Positions 1 to 14,720 of a stretch of 64,000 bases of DNA are shown here, piece after piece. How positions within the stretch are numbered: the stretch's first letter is position 1; every line of letters starts with the position of its first letter. The position numbers and the translations under genes are program-made. Origin of the DNA: Eledone cirrhosa (taxonomy: Eukaryota); the NCBI GenBank assembly GCA_964016885.1, contig OZ024742.1, positions 343,480,001 to 343,544,000 on the forward strand, in the 5' to 3' direction. The notes under the pieces are model-generated. The model was given only the letters and a program-made list of their open reading frames with translations, had not been told where the DNA came from and searched no databases.

Positions 1-3000
1 TGGAAGACAGTAACCCTACATCTATTACCTAAATATATCTCTACTGGAAGACAGTTACACTACATCTATTCCCGAAATATTTCTCTCTATTGGAAGACAG
101 TAACACTACATCTATTCCCTAAATATATCTCTACTGGAAGACAGTAACACTACATCTATTCCCTAAATATATCCCTCTACTGGAAGACAGTAACACTACA
201 TCTATTCCCTAAATATATCTCTTTACTGGAAGACAGTAACACTACATCTATTCCCTAAATATATCTCTCTATTGGAAGACAGTAACACTACATCTATTCC
301 CTAAATATATCTCTACTGGAAGACAGTAACACTACATCTAAACCCTAAATATATCTCTTTATTGGAAGACAGTAACCCTACATCTATTACCTAAATATAT
401 CTCTACTGGAAGACAGTAACACTACATCTATTCCCTAAATATCTCTCTATACTGGAAGTCAGTAACACTACATCCAATCCCCAAATATATCTCTTTATTG
501 GAAGACAGTAACACTACATCTATTCCCTAAATATATCTCTATACTGGAAGACAGTAACACTACATCTATTCCCTAAATATATCTCTCTACTGGAAGACAG
601 TAACACTACATCTATTCCCTAAATATATCTCTCTACTGGAAGACAGCAACACTACATCTATTCCCTAAATATATCTCTCTACTGGAAGACAGTAACACTA
701 CATCTATTCCCTAAATATATCTCTCTACTGGAAGACAGTAATACTACATCTATTCCCTAAATATATCTCTCTACTGGAAAACAGTAACACTACATCTATT
801 CCCTAAATATATCTCTCTACTGGAAGACAGCAACACTACATCTATTCCCTAAATATATCTCTCTACTGGAAGACAGTAACACTACATCTATTCCCTAAAT
901 ATATCTCTCTACTGGAAGACAGTAACACTACATCTATTCCCTAAATATATCTCTTTACTGGAAGACAGTAACACTACATCTATTCCCTGAATATATCTCT
1001 CTATTGGAAGACAGTAACACTACATCTATTCCCTAAATATATCTCTACTGGAAGACAGTAACACTACATCTATTCCCTAAATATTTCTCTCTATTGGAAG
1101 ACAGTAACACTACATCTATTCCCTAAATATATCTCTACTGGAAGACAGTAACACTACATCTATTCCCTAAATATATCTCTCTACTGGAAGACAGTAACAC
1201 TACATCTATTCCCTAAATATATCTCTTTATTGGAAGACAGTAACACTACATCTATTCCCTAAATATATCTCTCTACTGGAAGACAGTAACACTACATCTA
1301 TTCCCTAAATATATCTCTTTACTGGAAGACAGTAACACTACATCTATTCCCTAAATACATCTCTCTATTGGAAGACAGTAACACTACATCTATTCCCTAA
1401 ATATATCTCTACTGGAAGACAGTAAGACTACATCTATTCCCTAAATATTTCTCTCTATTGGAAGACAGTAACACTACATCTATTCCCGAAATATATCTCC
1501 ACTGGAAGACAGTAACACTACATCTATTCCCTAAATATATCTCTCTACTGGAAGACAGTAACACTACATCTATTCCCTAAATATATCTCTCTACTAGAAG
1601 ACAGTAACACTACATCTATTCCCTAAATATATCTCTTTATTGGAAGACAGTAACCCTACATCTATTACCTAAATATATCTCTACTGGAAGACAGTTACAC
1701 TACATCTATTCCCGAAATATTTCTCTCTATTGGAAGACAGTAACACTACATCTATTCCCTAAATATATCTCTACTGGAAGACAGTAACACTACATCTATT
1801 CCCTAAATATATCCCTCTACTGGAAGACAGTAACACTACATCTATTCCCTAAATATATCTCTTTACTGGAAGACAGTAACACTACATCTATTCCCTAAAT
1901 ATATCTCCCTATTGGAAGACAGTAACACTACATCTATTCCCTAAATATATCTCTACTGGAAGACAGTAACACTACATCTAAACCTTAAATATATCTCTTT
2001 ATTGGAAGACAGTAACCCTACATCTATTACCTAAATATATCTCTACTGGAAGACAGTAACACTACATCTATTCCCTAAATATCTCTCTATACTGGAAGTC
2101 AGTAACACTACATCCAATCCCCAAATATATCTCTCTATTGGAAGACAGTAACACTACATCTATTCCCTAAATATATCTCTACTGGAAGACAGTAACACTA
2201 CATCTATTCCCTAAATATTTCTCTCTATTGGAAGACAGTAACACTACATCTATTCCCTAAATATATCTCTACTGGAAGACAGTAACACTACATCTATTCC
2301 CTAAATATATCTCTCTACTGGAAGACAGTAACACTACATCTATTCCCTAAATACATCTCTTTATTGGAAGATAGTAACACTACATCTATTCCCTAAATAT
2401 ATCTCTCTACTGGAAGACAGTAACACTACATCTATTCCCTAAATATATCTCTTTACTGGAAGACAGTAACACTACATCTATTCCCTAAATACATCTCTCT
2501 ATTGGAAGACAGTAACACTACATCTATTCCCTAAATATATCTCTACTGGAAGACAGTAACACTACATCTATTCCCTAAATATTTCTCTCTATTGGAAGAC
2601 AGTAACACTACATCTATTCCCTAAATATATCTCTACTGGAAGACAGTAACACTACATCTATTCCCTAAATATATCTCTCTACTGGAAGACAGTAACACTA
2701 CATCTATTCCCTAAATATATCTCTACTGGAAGACAGTAACACTACATCTATTCCCTAAATATTTCTCTCTATTGGAAGACAGTAACACTACATCTATTCC
2801 CTAAATATATCTCTACTGGAAGACAGTAACACTACATCTATTCCCTAAATATATCTCTCTACTGGAAGACAGTAACACTACATCTATTCCCTAAATATAT
2901 CTCTTTATTGGAAGACAGTAACACTACATCTATTCCCTAAATATATCTCTCTATTGGAAGATAGTAACACTACATCTATTCCCTAAATATATCTCTACTG

Positions 3001-6000
3001 GAAGACAGTAACACTACATCTATTCCCTAAATATATCTCTCTACTGGAAGACAGTAACACTACATCTATTCCCTAAATATATCTCTTTATTGGAAGACAG
3101 TAACACTACATCTATTCCCTAAATATTTCTCTCTATTGGAAGACAGTAACACTACATCTATTCCCTAAATATTTCTCATTATTGGAAGACAGGAACACTA
3201 CATCTATTCCCTAAATATATCTCTCTATTGGAAGACAGTAACACTACATCTATTCCCTAAATATATCTCTACTGGAAGACAGTAACACTACATCTATTCC
3301 CTAAATATATCTCTCTACTGGAAGACAGTAACACTACATCTATTCCTTAAATATATCTCTTTATTGGAAGACAGTAACACTACATCTATTCCCTAAATAT
3401 TTCTCTCTATTGGAAGACAGTAACACTACATCTATTCCCTAAATATTTCTCGTTATTGGAAGACAGTAACACTACATCTATTCCCTAAATATATCTCTAC
3501 TGGAAGACAGTAACACTACATCTATTCCCTAAATATATCTCTCTACTGGAAGACAGTAACACTAGATCTATTCCCTAAATATATCTCTCTACTGGAAGAC
3601 AGTAACACTACATCTATTCCCTAAATATATCTCTCTACTAGAAGACAGTAACACTACATCTATTCCCTAAATATATCTCTTTCCTGGAAGACAGTAACAC
3701 TACATCTATTCCCTAAATATATCTCTCTATTGGAAGACAGTAACACTACATCTATTCCCTAAATATATCTCTACTGGAAGACAGTAACACTACATCTATT
3801 CCCTAAATATTTCTCTCTATTGGAAGACAGTAACACTACATCTATTCCCTAAATATATCTCTACTGGAAGACAGTAACTCTACATCTATTCTCTAAATAT
3901 ATCTCTCTACTGGAAGACAGTAACACTACATCTATTCCCTAAATATATCTCTTTATTGGAAGACAGTAACACTACATCTATTCCCTAAATATTTCTCTCT
4001 ATTGGAAGACAGTAACACTACATCTATTCCCTAAATATATCTCTACTGGAAGACAGTAACACTACATCTATTCCCTAAATATATCTCTCTACTGGAAGAC
4101 AGTAACACTACATCTATTCCCTAAATATATCTCTTTATTGGAAGACAGTAACACTACATCTATTCCCTAAATATTTCTCTCTATTGGAAGACAGTAACAC
4201 TACATCTATTCCCTAAATATTTCTCGTTATTGGAAGACAGTAACACTACATCTATTCCCTAAATATATCTCTACTGGAAGACAGTAACACTACATCTATT
4301 CCCTAAATATATCTCTCTACTGGAAGACAGTAACACTAGATCTATTCCCTAAATATATCTCTCTACTGGAAGACAGTAACACTACATCTATTCCCTATAT
4401 ATATCTCTCTACTGGAAGACAGTAACACTACATCTATTCCCTAAATATATCTCTTTATTGGAAGACAGTAACCCTACATCTATTACCTAAATATATCACT
4501 ACTCGAAGACAGTAACACTACATCTATTCCCTAAATATCTCTCTATACTGGAAGACAGTAACACTACATCCAATCCCCAAATATATCTCTTTATTGGAAG
4601 ACAGTAACACTACATCTATTCCCTAAATATATCTCTATACTGGAAGACAGTAACACTACATCTATTCCCTAAATATATCTCTCTAGCTGAAGACAGCAAC
4701 ACTACATCTATTCCCCAAATATATCTCTCTACTGGAAGACAGTAACACTACATCTATTCCCTAAATATATCTCTCCACTGGAAGACAGTAATACTACATC
4801 TATTCCCTAAATATATCTCTCTACTGGAAGACAGTGACACTACGTCTAATCCCCAAATATATCTCTTTATTGGAAGACAGTAGCACTACATCTATTCCCT
4901 AAATATATCTCTCTACTGGAAGAAAGTAACACTACATCTAATCCCCAAATATATCTCTTTATTGGAAGACAGCAGCACTACATCTATTCCCTAAATATAT
5001 CTCTATACTGGAAGACAGTAACACTGCATCTATTCCCTAAATATATCTCTCTACTGGACGACAGTAACACTACATCTATTCCCTAAATATATCTCTACTG
5101 GAAGATAGTAACACTACATCTATTCCCTAAATATATCTCTACTGGAAGACAGTAACACTACATCTATTCCCTAAACATATCTCTCTACTGGAAGACAGTA
5201 ACACTACATCTATTCCCTAAAGATATCTCTACTGGAAGACAGTAACACTACATATATTCCCTAAATATATCTCTACTGGAAGACAGTAACACTACATCTA
5301 TTCCCTAAACATATCTCTCTACTGGAAGACAGTAACACTACATCTATTCCCTAAATATATCTCTCTATTGGAAGACAGTAACACTACATCTATTCCCTAA
5401 ATATATCTCTCTATTGGAAGACAGTAACACTACATCTATTCCCTAAATATTTCTCTCTATTGGAAGACAGTAACACTACATGTATTCCCTAAATATTTCT
5501 CTCTATTGGAAGACAGTAACACTATATCTATTCCCTAAATATATCTCTACTGGAAGACAGTAACACTACATCTATTCCCTAAATATATCTCTCTACTGGA
5601 AGACAGTAACACTACATCTAAACCCTAAATATATCTCTTTATTGGAAGACAGTAACCCTACATCTATTACCTAATTATATCTCTACTGGAAGACAGTAAC
5701 ACTACATCTATTCCCTAAATATCTCTCTATACTGGAAGTCAGTAACACTACATCCAATCCCCAAATATATCTCTTTATTGGAAGACAGTAACACTACATC
5801 TATTCCCTAAATATATCTCTATACTGGAAGACAGTAACACTACATCTATTCCCTAAATATATCTCTCTACTGGAAGACAGTAACACTACATCTATTCCCT
5901 AAATATATCTCTGTACTGGAAGACAGCAACACTACATCTATTCCCTAAATATATCTCTCTACTGGAAGACAGTAACACTACATCTATTCCCTAAATATAT

Positions 6001-9000
6001 CTCTCTACTGGAAGACAGCAAAACTACATCTATTCCCTAAATATATCTCTTTACTGGAAGACTGTAACACTACATCTATTCCCTAAATATATCTCTCTAT
6101 TGGAAGACAGTAACACTACATCTATTCCCTAAATATATCTCTCTATTGGAAGACAGTAACACTACATCGATTCCCTAAACATATCTCTACTGGAAGACAG
6201 TAACACTACATCTATTCCCTAAATATATCTCTCTATTGGAAGACAGTAACACTACATCTATTCCTTAAATATATCTCTTTATTGGAAGACAATAACACTA
6301 CATCTATTCCCTAAATATTTCTCTCTATTGGAAGACAGTAACACTACATCTATTCCCTAAATATATCTCTACTGGAAGACAGTAACACTACATCTATTCC
6401 CTAAATATCTCTCTCTACTGGAAGACAGTAACACTACATCTATTCCCTAAATATATCTCTTTATTGGAAGACAGTAACACTACATCTATTCCCTAAATAT
6501 TTCTCTCTATTGGAAGACAGTAACTCTACATCTATTCCCTAAATATTTATCGTTATTGGAAGACAGTAACACTACATCTATTCCCTAAATATATCTCTAC
6601 TGGAAGACAGTAACACTACATCTATTCCCTAAATATATCTCTCTACTGGAAGACAGTAACACTAGATCTATTCCCTAAATATATCTCTCTACTGGAAGAC
6701 AGTAACACTACATCTATTCCCTAAATATATCTCTCTACTGGAAGACAGTAACACTACATCTAAACCCTAAATATATCTCTTTATTGGAAGACAGTAACCC
6801 TACATCTATTACCTAAATATATCACTACTGGAAGACAGTAACACTACATCCAATCCCCAAATATATCTCTTTATTGGAAGACAGTAACACTACATCTATT
6901 CCCTAAATATATCTCTATACTGGAAGACAGTAACACTACATCTATTCCCTAAATATATCTCTCTACCTGAAGACAGCAACACTACATCTATTCCCCAAAT
7001 ATATCTCTCTACTGGAAGACAGTAACACTACATCTATTCCCTAAATATATCTCTCCACTGGAAGACAGTAATACTACATCTATTCCCTAAATATATCTCT
7101 CTACTGGAAGACAGTAACACTACATCTAATCCCCAAATATATCTCTTTATTGGAAGACAGTAGCACTACATCTATTCCCTAAATATATCTCTATACTGGA
7201 AGACAGTAACACTGCATCTATTCCCTAAATATATCTCTCTACTGGACGACAGTAACACTACATCTATTCCCTAAATATATCTCTACTGGAAGACAGTAAC
7301 ACTACATCTATTCCCTAAACATATCTCTCTACTGGAAGACAGTAACACTACATCTATTCCCTAAAGATATCTCTACTGGAAGACAGTAACACTACATATA
7401 TTCCCTAAATATATCTCTACTGGAAGACAGTAACACTACATCTATTCCCTAAATATATCTCTCTACTGGAAGACAGTAACACTAGATCTATTCCCTAAAT
7501 ATATCTCTCTACTGGAAGACAGTAACACTACATCTATTCCCTAAATATATCTCTCTACTGGAAGACAGTAACACTACATCTAAACCCTAAATATATCTCT
7601 TTATTGGAAGACAGTAACCCTACATCTATTACCTAAATATATCACTACTGGAAGACATTAACACTACATCCAATCCCCAAATATATCTCTTTATTGGAAG
7701 ACAGTAACACTACATCTATTCCCTAAATATATCTCTATACTGGAAGACAGTAACACTAGATCTATTCCCTAAATATATCTCTCTACCTGAAGACAGCAAC
7801 ACTACATCTATTCCCCAAATATATCTCTCTACTGGAAGACAGTAACACTACATCTATTCCCTAAATATATCTCTCCACTGGAAGACAGTAATACTACATC
7901 TATTCCCTAAATATATCTCTCTACTGGAAGACAGTAACACTACATCTAATCCCCAAATATATCTCTTTATTGGAAGACAGTAGCACTACATCTATTCCCT
8001 AAATATATCTCTATACTGGAAGACAGTAACACTGCATCTATTCCCTAAATATATCTCTCTACTGGACGACAGTAACACTGCATCTATTCCCTAAATATAT
8101 CTCTCTACCTGAAGACAGCAACACTACATCTATTCCCCAAATATATCTCTCTACTGGAAGACAGTAACACTACATCTATTCCCTAAATATATCTCTCCAC
8201 TGGAAGACAGTAATACTACATCTATTCCCTAAATATATCTCTCTACTGGAAGACAGTAACACTACATCTAATCCCCAAATATATCTCTTTATTGGAAGAC
8301 AGTAGCACTACATCTATTCCCTAAATATATCTCTATACTGGAAGACTAACACTGCATCTATTCCCTAAATATATCTCTCTACTGGACGACAGTAACACTA
8401 CATCTATTCCCTAAATATATCTCTACTGGAAGATAGTAACACTACATCTATTCCCTAAATATATCTCTACTGGAAGACAGTAACACTACATCTATTCCCT
8501 AAACATATCTCTCTACTGGAAGACAGTAACACTACATCTATTCCCTAAAGATATCTCTACTGGAAGACAGTAACACTACATATATTCCCTAAATATATCT
8601 CTACTGGAAGACAGTAACACTACATCTATTCCCTAAACATATCTCTCTACTGGAAGACAGTAACACTACATCTATTCCCTAAATATATCTCTCTACTGGA
8701 AGACAGTAACACTACATCTATTCCCTAAATATATCTCTCTATTGGAAGACAGTAACACTACATCTATTCCCTAAATATTTCTCTCTATTGGAAGACAGTA
8801 ACACTACATCTATTCCCTAAATATTTCTCTCTATTGGAAGACAGTAACACTATATCTATTCCCTAAATATATCTCTACTGGAAGACAGTAACACTACATC
8901 TATTCCCTAAATATATCTCTCTACTGGAAGACAGTAACACTACATCTAAACCCTAAATATATCTCTTTATTGAAAGACAGTAACCCTACATCTATTACCT

Positions 9001-9660
9001 AATTATATCTCTACTGGAAGACAGTAACACTACATCTATTCCCTAAATATCTCTCTATACTGGAAGTCAGTAACACTACATCCAATCCCCAAATATATCT
9101 CTTTATTGGAAGACAGTAACACTACATCTATTCCCTAAATATATCTCTATACTGGAAGACAGTAACACTACATCTATTCCCTAAATATATCTCTCTACTG
9201 GAAGACAGTAACACTACATCTATTCCCTAAATATATCTTTCTACTGGAAGACAGCAATACTACATCTATTCCCTAAATATATCTCTTTACTGGAAGACAG
9301 TAACACTACATCTATTCCCTAAATATATCTCTCTATTGGAAGACAGTAACACTACATCTATTCCCTAAATATATCTCTCTATTGGAAGACAGTAACACTA
9401 CATCGATTCCCTAAATATATCTCTACTGGAAGACAGTAACACTACATCTATTCCCTAAATATATCTCTCTATTGGAAGACAGTAACACTACATCTATTCC
9501 TTAAATATATCTCTTTATTGGAAGAAAGTAACACTACATCTATTCCCTAAATATCTCTCTCTACTGGAAGACAGTAACACTACATCTATTCCCTAAATAT
9601 CTCTATACTGGAAGACAGTAACACTATATCTATTCCCTAAATATCTCTCTCTACTGAATA
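1..9660 (+). repeat. 44/46-bp tandem satellite, left array (consensus TGGAAGACAGTAACACTACATCTATTCCCTAAATATATCT(CT)CTAC), roughly 210 monomers
   Basis: Head-to-tail monomers with no spacers; length varies with the (CT)n tract; array decays at ~9655-9680. Confidence 0.99.
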
Positions 9661-9940
9661 TATATCTCTCTATACACTGAATTTATCTCACTGTTGATAA
9701 TGTGTATACTATTTTTGAAAGACTGTAACATACATGTATGCACTAATGGACTTGTATGAGTAAATTTCAGAGACGGTGTTATATTGTTTGGCATATTAGG
9801 CCTAGTACCATCTAAAAAGGATTTGAATTGCTGTTGTTTTTAACACAAAGTCATCTCTAATAGGACAATCTCTCTTGTCTCCCTATCTGAAAATTGGGAT
9901 TATCACTCATTATTCGGTAATGAGAAGGAGGAGGGTAGGG

Positions 9941-10290
9941 GTAAATGTCAAACTCACTATATTCAATTCTGTATTCATGCCAGCCCTTAGCTATGGTCAA
10001 GAATATTGGGTAATGACCGAAAGAATATGATTGCAAATACAAGTGGCCGAAATGGGATTCCTCCGAAGGGGCTTCGGAGTAACGTTACTCGATAGAGATA
10101 GAATCATTCCAGGTAGAGCGACTACTTTTGCGAATTGAGAGATCACAGCTCCGATATTATAGGCATGTGGTTAGAATGTCTCAGGAAAGAATTGCTTGAT
10201 AGATTTTACAGGTAAAACCAACCAGCAGGAAACCCAGGAGAAGACCCCAAAAGAGATGATTGGATAACCTCCATGAACTTGGTTGATCAC
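9941..10290 (+). mobile_element. Degenerate RTE-clade (Rex3-like) LINE, ORF C-terminal fragment
   Basis: Manual + strand translation with stops and frameshifts: KLTIFNSVFMPALSYGQEYWVMTERI*LQIQVAEMGFLRRGFGVTLLDR...ERLLLRIERSQLRYYRHVVRMSQERIA..KPTSRKPRRRPQKR, which matches the RTE post-RT motifs LxYGxExW, AEMxFLRR, RPRGRP. Confidence 0.8.
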
Positions 10291-10669
10291 GCAGGAATAA
10301 GTGGGTGAAGAAGATCTCTGATGGAGCAGACCTATGATCAGAAGCTTTCTTGCCATGATAATCCTTTTTTTTTTCTTTGTATATCCGTGATTACATTTTC
10401 CAATATCTCCTTCCTTTCTTAAGAGGATGGGATGTAATTTGAGAGATTTCAATATTATTCTAAGATATCAAGGGAGCATGAGTCGTTGAATTCAGTGATA
10501 TTTTTGACATAGAAGATTCGTAGATCACTCACATCAAGAATAGCTTGAACCATCTACATTTCCATGATAAAGCAAGGCAGTTCAAATCAGAATGAAAAAG
10601 TTGTTCAAGCCAGAAAGTAAAGTTGTTGAAGATCCTGGTCTAGGGTTCATTCTCGGCCAGGACTTACAC

Positions 10670-10880
10670 TAAAGGGTCTTACTAATTTCCCTCTTTACAC
10701 CAGTCGTCGTCGAAACATCAGGCATACTTGGATCCGTCCTGTCGAGCTCCTCCGCAAGATCGGAACGTCGACAGCCCGTTGGAGGAAGGAACCTTACGAG
10801 GTGGGTTGGCTGTTGCAGCAGGTGTCGCTGGCCATTGTTCGCGAGAATGATTTTGCAGTCTTGTCTGCGGGGTGCAGCCT
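10670..10880 (+). mobile_element. CRE-like (restriction-like endonuclease) non-LTR retrotransposon 3' relic
   Basis: Manual translation with one frameshift: LFTPVVVETSGILG / VELLRKIGTSTARWRKEPYEVGWLLQQVSLAIVRENDFAVLSAG, resembling the CRE C-terminal pattern FxPxAxETxG...QRLSLAxQRGN. Confidence 0.65.
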
Positions 10881-11345
10881 TTTTACCACTGCGCCCTAAG
10901 CCCAGAGTCCAATCACCCTCCCGCTCCCCATTCTTCTGTGAAACTAGAGTTCTTGCCATCTCCTCTTTTCCGATTGTTTTTTTCTTTTTCTTTGTACTTT
11001 CCTATCTTACATTCAATTCTGTCTTCTCAATCTAAATTTTCTTTTTTTCTTTTTCGATTAAAATTATGAAAGGAAAATTAATCCCCATCATGAAGATTGA
11101 TTCAAATCAGAAAGAGAATGTCATTGAAATAATAGCGAGAAGGTGGTTTGTGTTAAAACAGGAATATGGTTTATATCAGGAAAATAAAGGTCATTTATAT
11201 AAAAAAATATAGATTGTAATGAGAAAGGAGAACAAACAGGAAAGAAGCCCCCCCTCCCATTTTTAACAAAAGATGAGTATAAGCTTTGTTAGGTTGCTTA
11301 AAAATACTGAAATTATATATACCAATGAAGATATTAAGTACTTTG

Positions 11346-12127
11346 TTATTTAATTGAAGTGAGTCGACATTGTTTTATAGAAGCATTGAAGGACTGACCC
11401 TTTGGACATTCACCGTAGTGAATAAACAACCCATTACTACAGTCATAGTAGTTTGAGTTTGAAGAATTAGCTGGATAAAGACCAGTGAAACGAGATTCAC
11501 AAGGATTGTCTTGAAGGCCGCATGGTTTGATCTGTGATGTTATTTTTTTTACACAGGTACGCTGATACGGATTGAGCGAATAACCATTTGAGCAGCTACT
11601 ATAGCCGTTGAAAACAAACTGTTTGCATTCAAAATATATTGAACAGCGCCCATCTATGTCAGCATAGAAACCGTCTTGTCGCCCTGCACAACTCGGTAGA
11701 TAACCTAATCCACAGAATGATGAATTTAGAGTTCGTGATTCACATGTTTGTGGAACCGGGTTAAAGGTCGTTCCATTGCCACATTCAAAGAAACCTTGCA
11801 ATCTAGTGTTATTGCATTCGAAGTACCAATTACAACGACCAAGTTCGTCAGGGTAATATCCATTAGCCCGGAACCTACAATCTGGTCTAGCTCCATCTTC
11901 TTCTTTTGGAAGCATGAAATAAGAAAGACATTCTTTTAGGATATCAGAAAATTGTGTTGACGATTCACATGTGGTTTGAGAAACTATTCTTCCGTTATAG
12001 CAGGTAACATAAGCTGTTGGAACATTTATAACCCCATATGTTCCATTAGATCGGCCTCTACAGTAACCATAAGTGCTAATGCAAGGGCGGCAATGACTTA
12101 TGCGACAGCGAAATTGTCGGTATTCAC
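11346..12127 (-). CDS. Chitin-binding type-2 (CBM14/peritrophin-A) multidomain protein, last exon (Cys-rich linker plus ~4 domains)
   Basis: Acceptor ttttaag|GT at 12128/12127, phase 1; frame open upstream of track ORF 11346..11915 (CEYRQFRCRISHCRPC...); repeats such as CAGRQDGFYADIDGRCSIYFEC; TAA stop at 11348-11346. Confidence 0.9.
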
Positions 12128-12417
12128 CTTAAAATATAAAAAAAGAAACAGATGTGACAATTGATAATGAAGTAGCAAAGGAAAAAAAAAAACGAATTCA
12201 GCCACGATTTAAGGAAGAATCTGTTAAAATGAAAAAATGAAAAAAGAAAAACGTAAACAAAAGAAAAACATAAAAGAAAAGAAAAAAGAGAGAATGAATA
12301 AGATATAGAAATAGTAGAGGAGTGAGAGAGGGGAAGTCTAAGAGGGCAAGTGTGAGGGAAGTTTGAACAGAAGGAAAAATAATAGAGTGCAAAACAAAGA
12401 GAAGAGATTATTTATGT

Positions 12418-12545
<128 letters not shown>

Positions 12546-12619
12546 ACTAAATAATTAAGATTGTGTACGTTCAACTTCAGATGACAAAAAAAACATATCT
12601 TTTCATATGTTCATAAACA

Positions 12620-12680
12620 TGCGGTGCCCCAGCATGGCCTCAGCCGGATGGCTGGAACGGGTAAAAGAGTAAAAGAGCAT
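12620..12680 (+). mobile_element. SINE 3' fragment (Octopus-type)
   Basis: GTGCCCCAGCATGGCC...GGCTGGAACGGGTAAAAGAGTAAAAGA resembles a common octopus SINE tail (recognised from memory). Confidence 0.5.
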
Positions 12681-13111
12681 GATCCCACAAGCAGTTTTCT
12701 ACTTAATTGTAAGGAAGTGAATAGATTTCAAGGAGATCAAAGACAGCTACCCCTTTTTACAGAAGAAGAGTACCAGGGAATGTTTGAGAGCCTCCAAACC
12801 TTGGTTGGACAGTATGACATTGTGAACAAATAGATATTTCTCTCTTCCTCATGACATTTAACACACATATCACTGTTATGGTCGGCAATAAAATAAACTC
12901 CGGCAAATATGAATAGAAATATGTCAGCGAGAGATTTGATGGTACATTTTACTCCGCTTTAGGCGACCAAGGTCAAATTATTTATTTCTAGCAGTGACAA
13001 AACAGCAACAACAATGAATCTTTCGTGTACATGTTTGTCTTGTTGATGAAAGATACCCCATCATTGCATAACTTGTTTTTCACTTGGAAACGGGTCAACA
13101 ATATTACTTCA

Positions 13112-14720
13112 CTTTCACAGCAAGCAACTTTTTCACAGCAAGCAACACTTTCACAGCAAGCAACACTCTCACAGCAAGCAACTCTCTCACAGCAAGCAAC
13201 TCTCTCACAGCAAGCAACTCTCTCACAGCAAGCAACTCTCTCACAGCAAGCAACTCTCTCACAGCAAGCAACTCTCTCACAGCAAGCAACTCTCTCACAG
13301 CAAGCAACTCTTTCACAGCAAGCAACTCTCTCACAGCAAACCACTCTTTCATAGTAATCTACTGTTTAACAGTAAGCAACTATTTCACAGCAAGCAACTC
13401 TCTCACAGGAAGCAACTCTTTCACAGAAAGCAACTCTCTCACAGCAAACAACTCTTCACAGCAAGCAAATCTTTCACAGCAAGCAACTCTTTCACAGCAA
13501 GCAACTCTTTCACAGCAAGCAACTCTCCCACAGCAAACAACTCTTTCATAATAATCTACTGTTTAACAGCAAGCAACTCTCTCACAGTAAGCAACTCTTT
13601 CACAGCAAGAAACTCTCTCAGAGCAAACAACTCTTCACAGCAAGAAACTCTCTCAGAGCAAACAACTCTTCACAGCAAGCAACTCTTTCACAGCAAGCAA
13701 CTCTTTCACAGCAAGCAACTCTCTTACAACAAGCAACTTTCTCACAGAAAGCAACTCTTTCACAGCAAGCAACTCTCTCACAGCAAACAACTCTTTCATA
13801 GTAATGTACTGTTTCACAGCAAGCAACTCTCTCACAGCAAGCAACTCTTTCACAGGAAGCAACTCTTTCACAGGAAGCAACTCTTTCACAGGAAGCAACT
13901 CTTTCACAGGAAGCAACTCTTTCACAGGAAGCAACTCTCTCACAGCAAACCACTCTTTCATAGTAATCTACTGTTTAACAGCAAGCAACTATTTCACAGC
14001 AAGCAATTCTCTCACAGCAAGCAATTCTTTCGCAGAAAGCAACTTTCTCACAGCAAGCCACTCTTTCATAGTAATCTACTGTTTAACAGCAAGCAACTAT
14101 CTCACAGCAATCAACTCTCTCACAGCAAACAACTCTTTCACAGCAAGCAACTCTCTCACAGCAAACCACTCTTTCATAGTAATCTACTGTTTAACAGCAA
14201 GCAACTATTTCACAGCAATCAACTCTCTCACAGCAAACAACTCTTTCACAGCAAGCAACTCTCTCACAGCAAACCACTCTTTCATAGTAATCTACTGTTT
14301 AACAGCAAGCAACTATTTCACAGCAAGCAACTGTCTCACAGCAAGCAACTCTTTCACAGCAAGCAAATCTCTCACAGCAAACCACTCTTTCATAGTAATC
14401 TACTGTTTAACAGCAAGCAACTCTTTCACAGCAAGCAAATCTCTCACAGCAAACAACTCTTTTATAGTAATCTACTGTTTAACAGTAAGCAACTCTTTCA
14501 CAGCAACACTTCCACAACACCAACTATCTCACAGCAAGCAACTCTTTCACAGCAACTACTCTCTCACAGCAAGCAACTCTTTCACAGCAACTACTCTCTC
14601 ACAGCAAGTAACTGTTTCACAGCAACTACTCTCTCACAGCAAGTAACTGTTTCACAGCAACTACTCTCTCACAGCAAGTAACTGTTTCACAGCAGCAACC
14701 CTATAACAGCAAGCAACTTT
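13112..14720. repeat. 18-bp minisatellite (ACAGCAAGCAACTCTYTC) with interspersed variant units and a terminal 33-bp unit, in intron 2 of the chitin-binding gene
   Basis: Direct tandem repeats; they produce the periodic ORFs TASNSL / SQQATL / CCERVA in the track. Confidence 0.97.

Noticed and set aside
1-9660. CRISPR array
   Set aside because: Monomers are contiguous with no unique spacers, there are no cas genes, and the context is eukaryotic
9857-11069. Track ORFs as host genes
   Set aside because: They are shadows or off-frame readings of + strand RTE/CRE relics and low-complexity DNA
12988-14646. Antifreeze-, ice-nucleation- or metallothionein-like repeat proteins
   Set aside because: Open in several frames on both strands because the unit is a stop-poor 18-mer; no signal peptide or splice support
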